Shown piece by piece: positions 39,140 to 48,578 of a stretch of 64,000 nucleotides of DNA. How positions within the stretch are numbered: the first letter of the stretch is position 1; each line of letters begins with the position of its first letter. Origin of the DNA: a virus; IMG/VR virus record IMGVR_UViG_3300036863_000086, positions 8,477-72,476 of that record; one strand, written 5' to 3'. The position numbers were made by a program, and so were the translations under genes. A model generated the notes under the pieces. That model ran no database searches and had not been told where the DNA came from. It saw only the letters and a list, made by a program, of their open reading frames with translations.

Positions 39140-41092
39140 TAGCCATTGCTAGCGGTGAAGCCCATGCCTTTTGTGCGAGCCACTAGCCCATGTTAAGCAC
39201 ATACCGTGCGTGCGAGCTATAGGTAGCTGTGAAGCCCATGTCTTTTGTGCGAGCCACCATCCTAGTTAATAACAAAGTGTACGTGCGAGCCACCACGAGC
39301 GTCAAATCCCATAGGGGCCATGCGAGCCAATAATGCGTGTGAAATCCGTCGACAAAGTGCGAGCCAAGATACTTATGAAACCCGTACCATCTGTGCAAGC
39401 CTCTGAATGCGGTTGAAACCATACCATCTGTGCGAGCCGTACCCTTAGTGAAATCCTCTTCGGCGGTGCGAGCCACACTCATTTGTGAAACCCCAGTACA
39501 ACGTGCGAGCTACAAATGGTGTGAAACCCAAATTTCCCGTGCGAGCCACTCCCCGTTGTGCAAGCCCGAGATGTGAATGCGAGCCATTGAAACGGTAAAA
39601 TCCAATTCCTTGGTGCGAGCCATTGAACCCGTAAAATCCGTATCTCTCGTGAAGTCCGGGTTGCATGTGCGAGCCACAAGTTCAGTGAAATCCATGTAGT
39701 ACGTGCGAGCCACTCCCTGTTGTGCAACCCGGAGGTGCAGTGCGAGCCACGGCAATGCATGTAACCCAAATTTCCAGTGCGAGCCATATCGTTTGTGCAA
39801 CCCAATAGAACCGTGCGAGCCATTGAATCTGAGAAACCCAATTCCTTGGTGCGAGCCATGTTCAGTGCGAAATCCAAGTGCAACGTGCGCGCCAGTCTGC
39901 GTGTGAAACCCATACCATGTGTGCGAGCCATTACAGTGAGTAAAATCCACTATCTTGGTGCGAGTCATTACAGTGAGTGAACCCCAATGGATCTGTGCGA
40001 GCCATTATTCCCGTGAAATCCAATATCTCAGTGCGGGCCAAGATGCTTGCGAAACCCATAAAGTCAGTGCGAGCCATTGCCGTCATGAAATCCATTGACT
40101 CAGTGCGAGCCATTACTTCCGTGAAATCCGTACGTAGCGTGCGAGCCATCCCAGTCGTGAAGTCCATAGTTGGTCTGCGAGTCAAGCTAAGCGTGCAACC
40201 CAACATGGCCGTGCGAGCCATTGTCGTCATGAAAACCAGGGTTAACGTGCGAGCCATTGAAACAGTGAAACCAGTCCTTAACGCGCATCCCATTACGTAA
40301 GCCAACAGCCGCGTGACATCCATACTACTCGTGCGAGCCAGCTCCTAAGTGAAAACCGTACCCCTTGTGCGCACGCCTATAGTGAAACCCTGTTCGATGT
40401 GCGAGCCGTTGTTATGGTGAAATCCCTACCACATGTGCGAGCCAAAGCAATTGTGCAACCCAATGTCGGTCTGCGAGCCAAAAGCAAGGTGAAAACCGTG
40501 CCCTATAGTGCGAGCCATGTCTGAAATGAAATCCACAGGGGTCTGTGCGAGCCACAGGCAATGGTGCAAACCGAAGTCGAAGTGCGAGCCCCGCGCGACA
40601 GTGAAATCCATATAAGCGGTGCGAGCCGTACCATTAGTGAAATCCCATTCGTCCGATGCGAGCCATGCGATATGCGAAACCCATAGCAGGCATGCGAGCC
40701 AACGGCAGGGCGAAAACCGTACCCCATAGTGCGTGCATAAGCCATGTCTTCTCTGAAATCCAGGGATCTCGTGCGGGCCAAGGTGTGTGATGAAACCGAC
40801 CCCAACGTGCGAGCCATTAGCAAGGTGAAACCCGTACTCCTGGTGCGAGCCATTACTTCCGTGAAATCCTCCGTCCTTGGTGCGAGCCATCGTCAAGGTG
40901 AACTCCATTCCAATTGTGCAAGCCATTCAAGCAGTGAAAACCCACCCCAAGAGTGCGAGCCATATTGCGCGTGAAACCCGCCGCCCTTCGTGCGAGCCAC
41001 ATCGTCGGTGAAACCCAAGCATATTGTGCGAGCCAACGAGCGTCTGCAATCCATATTGCGGGTGCGAGCCAGTCACAACGTTCAACCCGTGG
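39140..41092 (+). repeat. TIGR-like dual-repeat array C (~50 units)
   Basis: ~1.95 kb of the same dual repeat with occasional variant repeats. Confidence 0.9.
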
Positions 41093-41145
41093 GCATTGTG
41101 CGTCCATCAATCCAAAAACAGCGTTCGAAAGGGCTACAAGTTAAA

Positions 41146-41505
41146 ATGGTTGACTCCACCGCCCAACACCTCCTTGCCACCGCCGTTGGCAAGCTCCCAT
41201 CGTCCCAACTCTACCTCGAAGCCTTTCTCCTCGACCGTAAAGTTGTCGGTGACCAATACTCGCGCTCCCGCTGTCCCATCGCCAACTACCTTGCATCGGA
41301 ACTCCGCATTTCTCCCCGAGAACGAGTTTGGGTTGGTTGGAGCACCGTTTGCATCGTCCGTCGCCGTCCCTTCCTCCCCGCAAAAACCATCGCGCTCGTG
41401 AACCTCACGCTCGGCCACAGGGTCTTCATCCGCAACTTTGATGGTGGTTTCTACCCGTCGCTCATTGCCACGTCCCGTACCGCGTACCCACGAATCCCAC
41501 AGTAA
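41146..41505 (+). CDS. Hypothetical protein, paralog of 42293-42634
   Basis: CPIANYL...FIRNFDGGFYPSL. Confidence 0.6.
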   Translation: MVDSTAQHLLATAVGKLPSSQLYLEAFLLDRKVVGDQYSRSRCPIANYLASELRISPRERVWVGWSTVCIVRRRPFLPAKTIALVNLTLGHRVFIRNFDGGFYPSLIATSRTAYPRIPQ

Positions 41506-41520
41506 CTAAACGAAGGAACC

Positions 41521-42258
41521 ATGGTCGTTGCTGCCAGAAATTGGGAGACGAATGCTGCCTTCTGGATTCGTATCATTCGAGAAAGGCTTGATCCCTACCG
41601 CACAGAACTGACTGATGATGCCGTGCTCAACGAGGTTGGTCCTGCCGAGGGACGGAGAATTCTCGATGCAGGCTGCGGTGAGGGATATATGTCGCGGCTG
41701 CTCGCACATCGAGGTGCCAGTGTTGTAGGAATCGATTCTTGCCAAGCATTGGTTCATGCAGCCCAAGATCACACCACAGAAGGTTTGAGTATTAGCTACG
41801 AGGTGGGCGACGTTGGAGCACTGCCACTAGCTAATACTCAATTCGATATTATCGTATGCAATCACCTCATCAACGACCTTCCCGATCCAGCTATCCCGTT
41901 CCAAGAGTTTGCTCGCGTCCTAAAACCACGCGGGCGGCTTGTTATCCTTATGCTTCACCCGTGCTTCTCTATCCCCAGATCGACGGAACAGCGATCCAAT
42001 GGAGGACTGATCAGTTCGGAGTACTTTAGGGTGCGACGGATTGAAAAGCACTTCGAAATTGGCGGGGTTACATCGCCCACAACGGTCGTTGTATGGATAA
42101 GATCCATAGAGTCTTATAGTGAGCTGTTGTTCGGTGCCGGCTTCACTATAACTGGACTGCAAGAGCCACGCCCAACAGAGCAGTTACTGCAAGACCCTTG
42201 GTGGCGTGTGAGCTTCTCCCAACCTCGTTTTTTGTTGATAACTGCCAAGAGACGTTGA
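41521..42258 (+). CDS. Class I SAM-dependent methyltransferase
   Basis: ILDAGCGEG, VVGID, GDVGALP, FDII, RVLKPRG motifs. Confidence 0.9.
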   Translation: MVVAARNWETNAAFWIRIIRERLDPYRTELTDDAVLNEVGPAEGRRILDAGCGEGYMSRLLAHRGASVVGIDSCQALVHAAQDHTTEGLSISYEVGDVGALPLANTQFDIIVCNHLINDLPDPAIPFQEFARVLKPRGRLVILMLHPCFSIPRSTEQRSNGGLISSEYFRVRRIEKHFEIGGVTSPTTVVVWIRSIESYSELLFGAGFTITGLQEPRPTEQLLQDPWWRVSFSQPRFLLITAKRR

Positions 42259-42292
42259 CCAGCCCTCGAACTTCGACCACAGGAGAACACTC

Positions 42293-42634
42293 GTGCTCCC
42301 GAATCAGGATCTTCTCGAAAAGACCATCGGCCTTCTCCCAAAGGAGGGTGCCACCGAAATCGCCAAATTCCTTGAGGCCCAAGGAGTCAAAGGAATCAAA
42401 GAAAACGCCACCCAGTGCCCCGTCGCTCGATGGCTCCAACGCGAACTTGGCGTCGACACCGATGCGCGCGAAACAGTCATCGTCACAGGCCGCATCTCCG
42501 CAGCAGTCAACGGTCCCAAAGCAATCAACATCGTTGACAGCGTCGCCACCCCACCGAGCGTCCAACACTTCATCCAGAAGTTCGACCTTGGGGACTTCCC
42601 CAAGCTGGAGCTTCCTAGGCCACCAAGCGAATGA
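42293..42634 (+). CDS. Hypothetical protein, paralog of 41146-41505
   Basis: CPVARWL...FIQKFDLGDFPKL. Confidence 0.65.
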   Translation: MLPNQDLLEKTIGLLPKEGATEIAKFLEAQGVKGIKENATQCPVARWLQRELGVDTDARETVIVTGRISAAVNGPKAINIVDSVATPPSVQHFIQKFDLGDFPKLELPRPPSE

Positions 42635-43012
42635 CCTTCTATCGCGTTCTCCCAGTTCCTACTCTCGCCCAGGTATCCCAGGACACTGACGAACGTCGGC
42701 CAGCAAAAAAGTTGACCGTTCAAGAACCTGCCAAACAGCAATAGGGAGAGCCCGTCCGTCACGTTTGCGCGATTTGACGGAATTTTCTAATATAGTTACT
42801 TTGAGCTATTTGACAGCTTTGCGAACTTCGTCGAAAAAGAGAGTCTTGAAGGAATTGAGCTCTTTGGCCTGAATGTAGGACTCGAGGATCTTGCACACTT
42901 TGACAAGATTGCGAGATATCGAAGAAATTGATTGGACGGTGTAGGTACACCATGATAGTCTGATCACAGCTCGGACCAGGCCGAGCGGTGCAACTCGGAC
43001 AAGGAGGACGGC

Positions 43013-43162
43013 ATGCGCAAGACAGCCAAGGGCTTCATTGAGGCCATAAGGGACGAGACGGGCGTAGAGGACGGATGCCCCGTGTGCACCGGACACCTCG
43101 AAGACGACGAATGTGTGGATTGTGGTACGAACTTCGCAGATGAGGCGGAGATCGACTACTGA
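43013..43162 (+). CDS. Small zinc-ribbon protein
   Basis: AAGGAGG RBS; MRKTAKG...CPVC...CVDC, 49 aa (below ORF-track cutoff). Confidence 0.6.
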   Translation: MRKTAKGFIEAIRDETGVEDGCPVCTGHLEDDECVDCGTNFADEAEIDY

Positions 43163-43558
43163 GACAAGGAGGATGGCATGGACATGTTTCCCAAACTGCT
43201 TCACATGCTCGTGACGGTCGGGTCGGGCGGATGGCTCACTCTGACCGTGTGGGGCGAGTACGCCAGACTGTGGATCTCGGCTAGGTAGGACAAGGCGCCT
43301 ATACCGGGCAGGCCGGGCAGGCCGGGCAGGCCGGGCAGAGGGTTCGATCCCCTCGATAGGCACGAGCAGGACCGCGACGGCCGACCCGTCGCGGAGTCGG
43401 ACAAGGAGGTCGAAGTGGACAGTATCGACAGGGAGGTCATTCGGCGCAGGAAGGCCAGGCGTGCCAAGCTGGCCAAGCGTGTCGAACGCACCATGCAGAC
43501 CAAGCGGCCCAGAGGACGCGGAAGCGATTTCGCGGACTTCCTGAGGAAGTAGGACATA

Positions 43559-43939
43559 ATGGCCAAGTCAGCTTTCGAGGACGCAATGGGCGCAACGGAA
43601 AAAGCGTACGCTCACCTCGTTGCGCCCAAGCGCCCCAAGGGTACCCCTCTTCGCAATATCCGCATCTCGGACGAGCTCTGGGCGGCGGCCGGGAAAGTGG
43701 CCAAAGCGACCGATCAGGACATATCGAGCATGATCCGCGGACTGCTCGTCGAGTACATCGGGGAGTTCGAGGACGAAGAGGAGCTACGTCGTAACCTCGC
43801 CGAAACGGTCGAGATGATCGAGATCGCCAAGCCGGACGAAGAGGTCGAGCCCGACGAGCGAGTCAAAGCGTGGAGAATCCGCCAAGCCGACTTTGACGCT
43901 AAGCTCCGCGAAGAGGCCAAACTGGCCAAGCGTCGCTAA
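43559..43939 (+). CDS. Ribbon-helix-helix DNA-binding protein
   Basis: RNIRISDELWAAAGKVA...ISSMIRGLL. Confidence 0.7.
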   Translation: MAKSAFEDAMGATEKAYAHLVAPKRPKGTPLRNIRISDELWAAAGKVAKATDQDISSMIRGLLVEYIGEFEDEEELRRNLAETVEMIEIAKPDEEVEPDERVKAWRIRQADFDAKLREEAKLAKRR

Positions 43940-43950
43940 CCTCCCAGATC

Positions 43951-43986
43951 GGAAAAAGCCCCTCCCGAGGGGGCTTTTTCCTTTTT
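43951..43986. terminator. Bidirectional intrinsic terminator
   Basis: GGAAAAAGCCCCT..AGGGGGCTTTTTCC hairpin between convergent genes. Confidence 0.8.
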
Positions 43987-44030
43987 GTCCATCTTGCGAC
44001 GGCCGGCCCGTCGCAAGACCGGATTGTCCG

Positions 44031-44489
44031 TTACGAGAGCTGATCGTGGTGTGTCTCGTATGGGCAGCTCGAGTCTTGTATGCAGTCTGTTCCTCTTGGG
44101 CAACATACGCCGTTTCGGCAACATAGCTTGTCTCGGATACTTGCGCGGTATACACGCTCTCGTGCTGATATGTCTGATAACTTCACAATATCGTATGTGG
44201 AGAGATCGTACCAAAGGTTCAACCAGCGCTCTCTGCGCCACTTGCTCTCATTGCCTGGATGACGAAACTTTTCAGGTTCGTGCGTATCTTCCGCTAAGTT
44301 CGCATCGCGCAGCCAATCAGAAAAGACTATATAGTGCCATTTCTGAGGGCTGCTACGTTTGCTAGGATTGGGAAACATACCCCTTCTGCGCCAGTCTCGG
44401 AGGGTATAGTCGCTTATGCAAAGAGCGTCGCATATGTCATCAATTGTGAGGAATGTGTTGCCAACGCGCTCTGGCTCTTTTGCGAACAT
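44031..44489 (-). CDS. Helix-turn-helix (excisionase/MerR-like) protein
   Basis: LTIDDICDALCISDYTLRDWRRRGMFPNP. Confidence 0.65.
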   Translation of the reverse strand: MFAKEPERVGNTFLTIDDICDALCISDYTLRDWRRRGMFPNPSKRSSPQKWHYIVFSDWLRDANLAEDTHEPEKFRHPGNESKWRRERWLNLWYDLSTYDIVKLSDISARERVYRASIRDKLCCRNGVCCPRGTDCIQDSSCPYETHHDQLS

Positions 44490-45845
44490 TCTGGCCGTTC
44501 CTCTCTATGAAGATTAGACGATGAGAGCGCACTTTAGACGATTACCGCTCTCTGACAGTCTACCATAGGTTCGGCGGTTCGGTTGTTTGTGATGGGCCTG
44601 TTAACAACACGTATTATAACTGGTTTAGAACTACAACTACTACTTTACCACCTATAATATGCCCTGTACTATATATATACTAATAGTATAGTATAGTAGT
44701 ATAGGTACATAATTGAGTAGAATATTGGTCAGAACATGCCATTCGCGGAAAATAAAGGACACTCATATGCTCGTATCGGCATATTGGCTTGTCAAAGGCT
44801 TGTCAAAGTGTATGCACTTGCAGAAGACGCCATGACTGGTCACAGCAGGCCATATGTGGTCACCCGTCTCCCTATTGCCACTCATCACTGTCATTAGTTG
44901 ACATGAGCGGTCAATTTTCGTCAAGACGCACCTTAGATCACATATGTCTGAATAGACCCGTTGCGCTCTGAGCGCCAGCTCTGGGACAATGGACTCTCCG
45001 GGCGGAGTATGCCCGGAGCGGTCCTTTGAGAACTACAGAGCGAGCGAGACCGGCTCTCCCGAGGGTTCCCTTGGGGAGCTGGGCGACCACCAGTCCCTTT
45101 CAGGGGAGCAGGAGGCCGAGACCATCCGGGGAAGAGTGCATCCCTGGCAGGCCCAGCACGACCGTCAACGACGGATCAGGGAACCGCCAGGACACGCCGG
45201 AGCCGAAAGTTTCGCGGCATGTCGGATCACGCGCCTGGATTTTCCGACCAGGGAATGCCGACCATGCGACAGGGTTTCGATTAGGTTTCTCGCTCGCAAC
45301 GTTCATTGAGAACTAAATAGACGAGAAAAGAGTAGCCGGAGAAATTGGCTTTGTGGTTTGCGCTTGATGAATACGTCGCGCAAACAGAAATCGGAATCAG
45401 TTTGTAGTTCTCGGAATTCTGGACAAAGCTAAAAGTACCCTTGAGTTTGAGGCAAAAGCGCGAGCGTAGTGAAAACTTTAAAAGACCGAATTGCGATGAT
45501 GTTCCTTAGCTGATTGATGTTGTGAGTCTCAGCGAAAGATTGAAATAGGGAATGAGCGAGGGTTGTCTGCGCGAAGACCGTTCGAGAGTCAATGACGTGC
45601 AATTCGTCATTGCTAGCGCAGTAGGAATAACCCTACTGTGGCATAGGCCACGATAAACTGACAAAGGCTACTCGCCACGTTTCAATAAGCCAAAGCTACA
45701 GCCGATTCACAATAGGCCGTAAAACTAGGCGAAAGTGGAAATGCACATAGGCGCGTATTGACTGGCCATTTCGAGCAGTGAAAACCAAAGCATCAATTAC
45801 TTATGGTAATGGTGCAAAGCTCGAAAAAAGAAAAGAGAAACCGAA

Positions 45846-46154
45846 ATGGCTGTTGAGATCAGGTACACGGACGACGAGGGCAACCTGCTGTTCACCACGC
45901 GGGACATGACTGTGGTGGAGAACTTCCAGAAGGCCGAGAAGAAGGTCGCGGCGCTGGCGGAGGCCGAGAAGATCCTGGCGCGGCGTGAGCGCCTGGTCAG
46001 GGAAGCGCTCGACACGCTGGCCAAGCTGCGGAAGGACGTCACCGAGGGCCTGCCGGACGGCGCGCGGGTTGCCAAGTCTGGCGACACCTACGCGATCACG
46101 TTCGAGCCGGAGGACAGCGCCAGCGCGCCGAGCGAGAACGGCGCGGCCAGCTAG
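45846..46154 (+). CDS. Hypothetical early protein
   Basis: 102 aa, strong GC3 codon bias, inside first stem. Confidence 0.75.
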   Translation: MAVEIRYTDDEGNLLFTTRDMTVVENFQKAEKKVAALAEAEKILARRERLVREALDTLAKLRKDVTEGLPDGARVAKSGDTYAITFEPEDSASAPSENGAAS

Positions 46155-46320
46155 AACGCCGAGATCGGCGACAACTTCATACCGGGCGGCCGGCCCCAGC
46201 ACCACGTAACACCGTAGCAACCGCAACAAAGCGAAATGGCCAGCCAATTCGCGCCTATGTGCAAAGTACGCGAGTTTTTGAAACGTGGATACATGCTTCC
46301 TAAGCAGGAAAAGCGATTTT

Positions 46321-46340
46321 GCCGCGCAAGCGGCTTTTTT
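46321..46340 (+). terminator. Intrinsic terminator-like hairpin
   Basis: GCCGC-GCAA-GCGGC followed by TTTTTT. Confidence 0.6.
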
Positions 46341-46600
46341 GCTTTTCCAAGGGAAAGCAGGGAATTGAGAGTTTCTCGCGTCCACTCCAACAAAAAACAA
46401 CTCCAATTGGTAAGTGGAGTGATCCAGATGCGAAAAACCCTGTCCGACCTGTTTCTGTGGGCTGGTTGGACACTGGCCGATAAGGCCAGCCCAACAGAAA
46501 CTCCAGCTTCCATGGACTACAGGGAAATGCTGCCGTTGTCCGAGCGGCATTTCTACGTCCAGCCGGTCGGGTTCCAGCCAAGCAAAAAGCGGGTGTCGGC

Positions 46601-46819
46601 ATGAGACTCGCGGTTGCTGTGGTTGTGGTCGGTTGGTTGCTCGTGTTCGGCGCGATCGCGCTGCACACGGACTGGTCGGAAACGTCGGCTCCAGCAACGC
46701 CAACGTACGTCGTCCAGAACAACGAGGTCCAGACTCCTGTGGGAATGTGCCGAACGGAAGATTCCTGTTCGGTCGATTTCCACGGTGGTCAGTACACGAT
46801 CCGGCAGGTGACGCCATGA
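46601..46819 (+). CDS. Small membrane/secreted protein
   Basis: N-terminal hydrophobic helix. Confidence 0.6.
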   Translation: MRLAVAVVVVGWLLVFGAIALHTDWSETSAPATPTYVVQNNEVQTPVGMCRTEDSCSVDFHGGQYTIRQVTP

Positions 46820-47030
46820 CGCCGGAACAGCAGATTTTCGGGATTTACCTGATCCTGGTGATCGTGATACTCCAGCGGAAACTCTGGCATGACTTTGGCA
46901 AGCACGACACCTAGAGAGACCAACAACGTGAGGAACTTTCAATTCCCTGCTTTCCCACGCTTGGGAGCATGTTTTGGCGAGTCATTTCCAACCTCTGGAA
47001 GAAATTCCAGGGAAAAAAGGAAGTGACAAG

Positions 47031-47486
47031 ATGAAAGCCAAGTGGTTTTACGACGTGGAGGTCGTGACCAATGGTGCTGTTTCGTCGCACCAGACGTTCA
47101 CCTCCGACTGCTTCGACGGGGAAACAGACCCGATGGCGGAATTCATCGCGGACGTGGAACACTTCACGAGCGGGTCCAGCAAGCCAACGGAGGTTTTCGT
47201 CCAGTTCCACGAGCACGAGCCGTTTTCCGATGGCGAGGATGTCTGTGGTCAGTTTGAAACGGACGGGCACCCGACCTATTCGTGGAACATGGAAAACGAC
47301 GTTTCCAAGGTTCCGCAGAAGGTTCATGTGGTCGACTGGACTGGCGAGGATTTCCCGCATGGCGAGGAATGGTCGCCAGGGTTCGCGCCGTACGTGTTTC
47401 GCTGGACGTTCGATGACGACGCGGACGTGGGGTTTCCGTGGTTTCCGCCGTCCATGACGTTTCGGTGGGATCGGCGCCATGACTGA
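47031..47486 (+). CDS. Hypothetical acidic protein
   Basis: AAGGA RBS before MKAKW. Confidence 0.65.
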   Translation: MKAKWFYDVEVVTNGAVSSHQTFTSDCFDGETDPMAEFIADVEHFTSGSSKPTEVFVQFHEHEPFSDGEDVCGQFETDGHPTYSWNMENDVSKVPQKVHVVDWTGEDFPHGEEWSPGFAPYVFRWTFDDDADVGFPWFPPSMTFRWDRRHD

Positions 47487-47661
47487 ACTTTCCACCAACC
47501 TGGAAACCGGCGAAACCTACAAAGCGAGGTTTCGGCGTCCTGATGGCGAGCTGGAAACGAAAGAATTCTCCGGCGCCGATTGGGATGCGTGCTGGAAGAT
47601 GGCTGTTGACCATGCAGCCGCTTCGAACAGCAAACTCCAGATGTTCAAGATCCAGAAGTAA
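47479..47661 (+). CDS. Hypothetical protein
   Basis: 60 aa overlapping upstream gene. Confidence 0.6.
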   Translation: MTELSTNLETGETYKARFRRPDGELETKEFSGADWDACWKMAVDHAAASNSKLQMFKIQK

Positions 47662-47765
47662 CGACGACGGTAACGATGCGAAATGACCCGCCAAAACATG
47701 CTCTCAAGTTTGCTTGGAAGCCTCTTGAATGAGCTGCTGCGCGAAATTCCAAGAAGGAGAACGAC

Positions 47766-48161
47766 ATGGGAATTTCCGCAAGGATGATGCCCGACGTGTT
47801 TTCCGAGAACGGGAAAACCTACCACGAGCACCTTGTTTCGGTGCATGCGAGCGAGCGGTCCAACTACGAAATCCGGTGTTCTTGTGGGCACTTGGGTTTC
47901 GTCGCGTCGGTGTCCGACGTGTTCGCGGCAAACTGCGCCCTTGACCACGTCAAGGAAATGCAGCCGGACTCCGGCTATCAGGAAGCCGTTCGATCTGCTG
48001 TAACCGAGTATCACGCCAGGAAAGACTTCGAGCAGGACTTTTCGGAGAAGATGATCCTCCTGAACAGAGGACTCCACCCCTGCAAGAAAGTTGCAGATGG
48101 CCAGCACTATTTTTCGGTGGTGACTGGCATCTGCCACGCCTGCGGCGCGCTGGAGAAGTAA
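47766..48161 (+). CDS. Hypothetical Cys/His-rich protein
   Basis: AAGGAG RBS; CSCG, H, CHACG. Confidence 0.7.
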   Translation: MGISARMMPDVFSENGKTYHEHLVSVHASERSNYEIRCSCGHLGFVASVSDVFAANCALDHVKEMQPDSGYQEAVRSAVTEYHARKDFEQDFSEKMILLNRGLHPCKKVADGQHYFSVVTGICHACGALEK

Positions 48162-48272
48162 CTCCAAACGCGCAGTAACTCATTCATGAGGGTTCCAAGC
48201 GTTGCTTAGGAAGCTGTAGAAAGCTGGAAATGAGGGTTTCTCGCTCCAACTGGTAACGATGCAAAGGAATGC

Positions 48273-48446
48273 ATGATGGCCGAGAACCCTGAGAACCCCA
48301 AGGATGGTTTGGCGTCGATTGTCGACGTGAAGAACTTCTTCGAGTACGAGAACATCTCGAAGTTCCGCGCCGACTGGCAGAAGTTGTCCGACGTTGACAA
48401 GGTGCAGCTCCGGCTGGGCATCGGCGAGGGTACCCTGACCTACTGA
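48273..48446 (+). CDS. Small hypothetical protein
   Basis: AAGGA RBS; MMAENPENP...FRADWQKLSDVDKVQLRLGIGEGTLTY (57 aa, below cutoff). Confidence 0.65.
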   Translation: MMAENPENPKDGLASIVDVKNFFEYENISKFRADWQKLSDVDKVQLRLGIGEGTLTY

Positions 48447-48578
48447 GTTTTTCCACGCGAGGAACCTTCATTTCCAGCTTTCTACTGCTCAAGTAGCAAG
48501 TTAACGGGATTGTCAGTGTGCGGGATACATGCATTGGTTGGCTCCTCCACGAACAACGAACAACGAGGAGAACAGCCA

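Noticed and set aside
35657-41110. Many short ORFs on both strands with MART/WLA/VRA/CEP repeats
   Set aside because: Translation artefacts of the GTGCGAGCCA repeat; no RBS and present in all frames
44989-45316. 106-aa and 96-aa ORFs
   Set aside because: No good RBS, Arg/Gly/Pro-rich non-coding-like composition, and dense hairpins favour ncRNA
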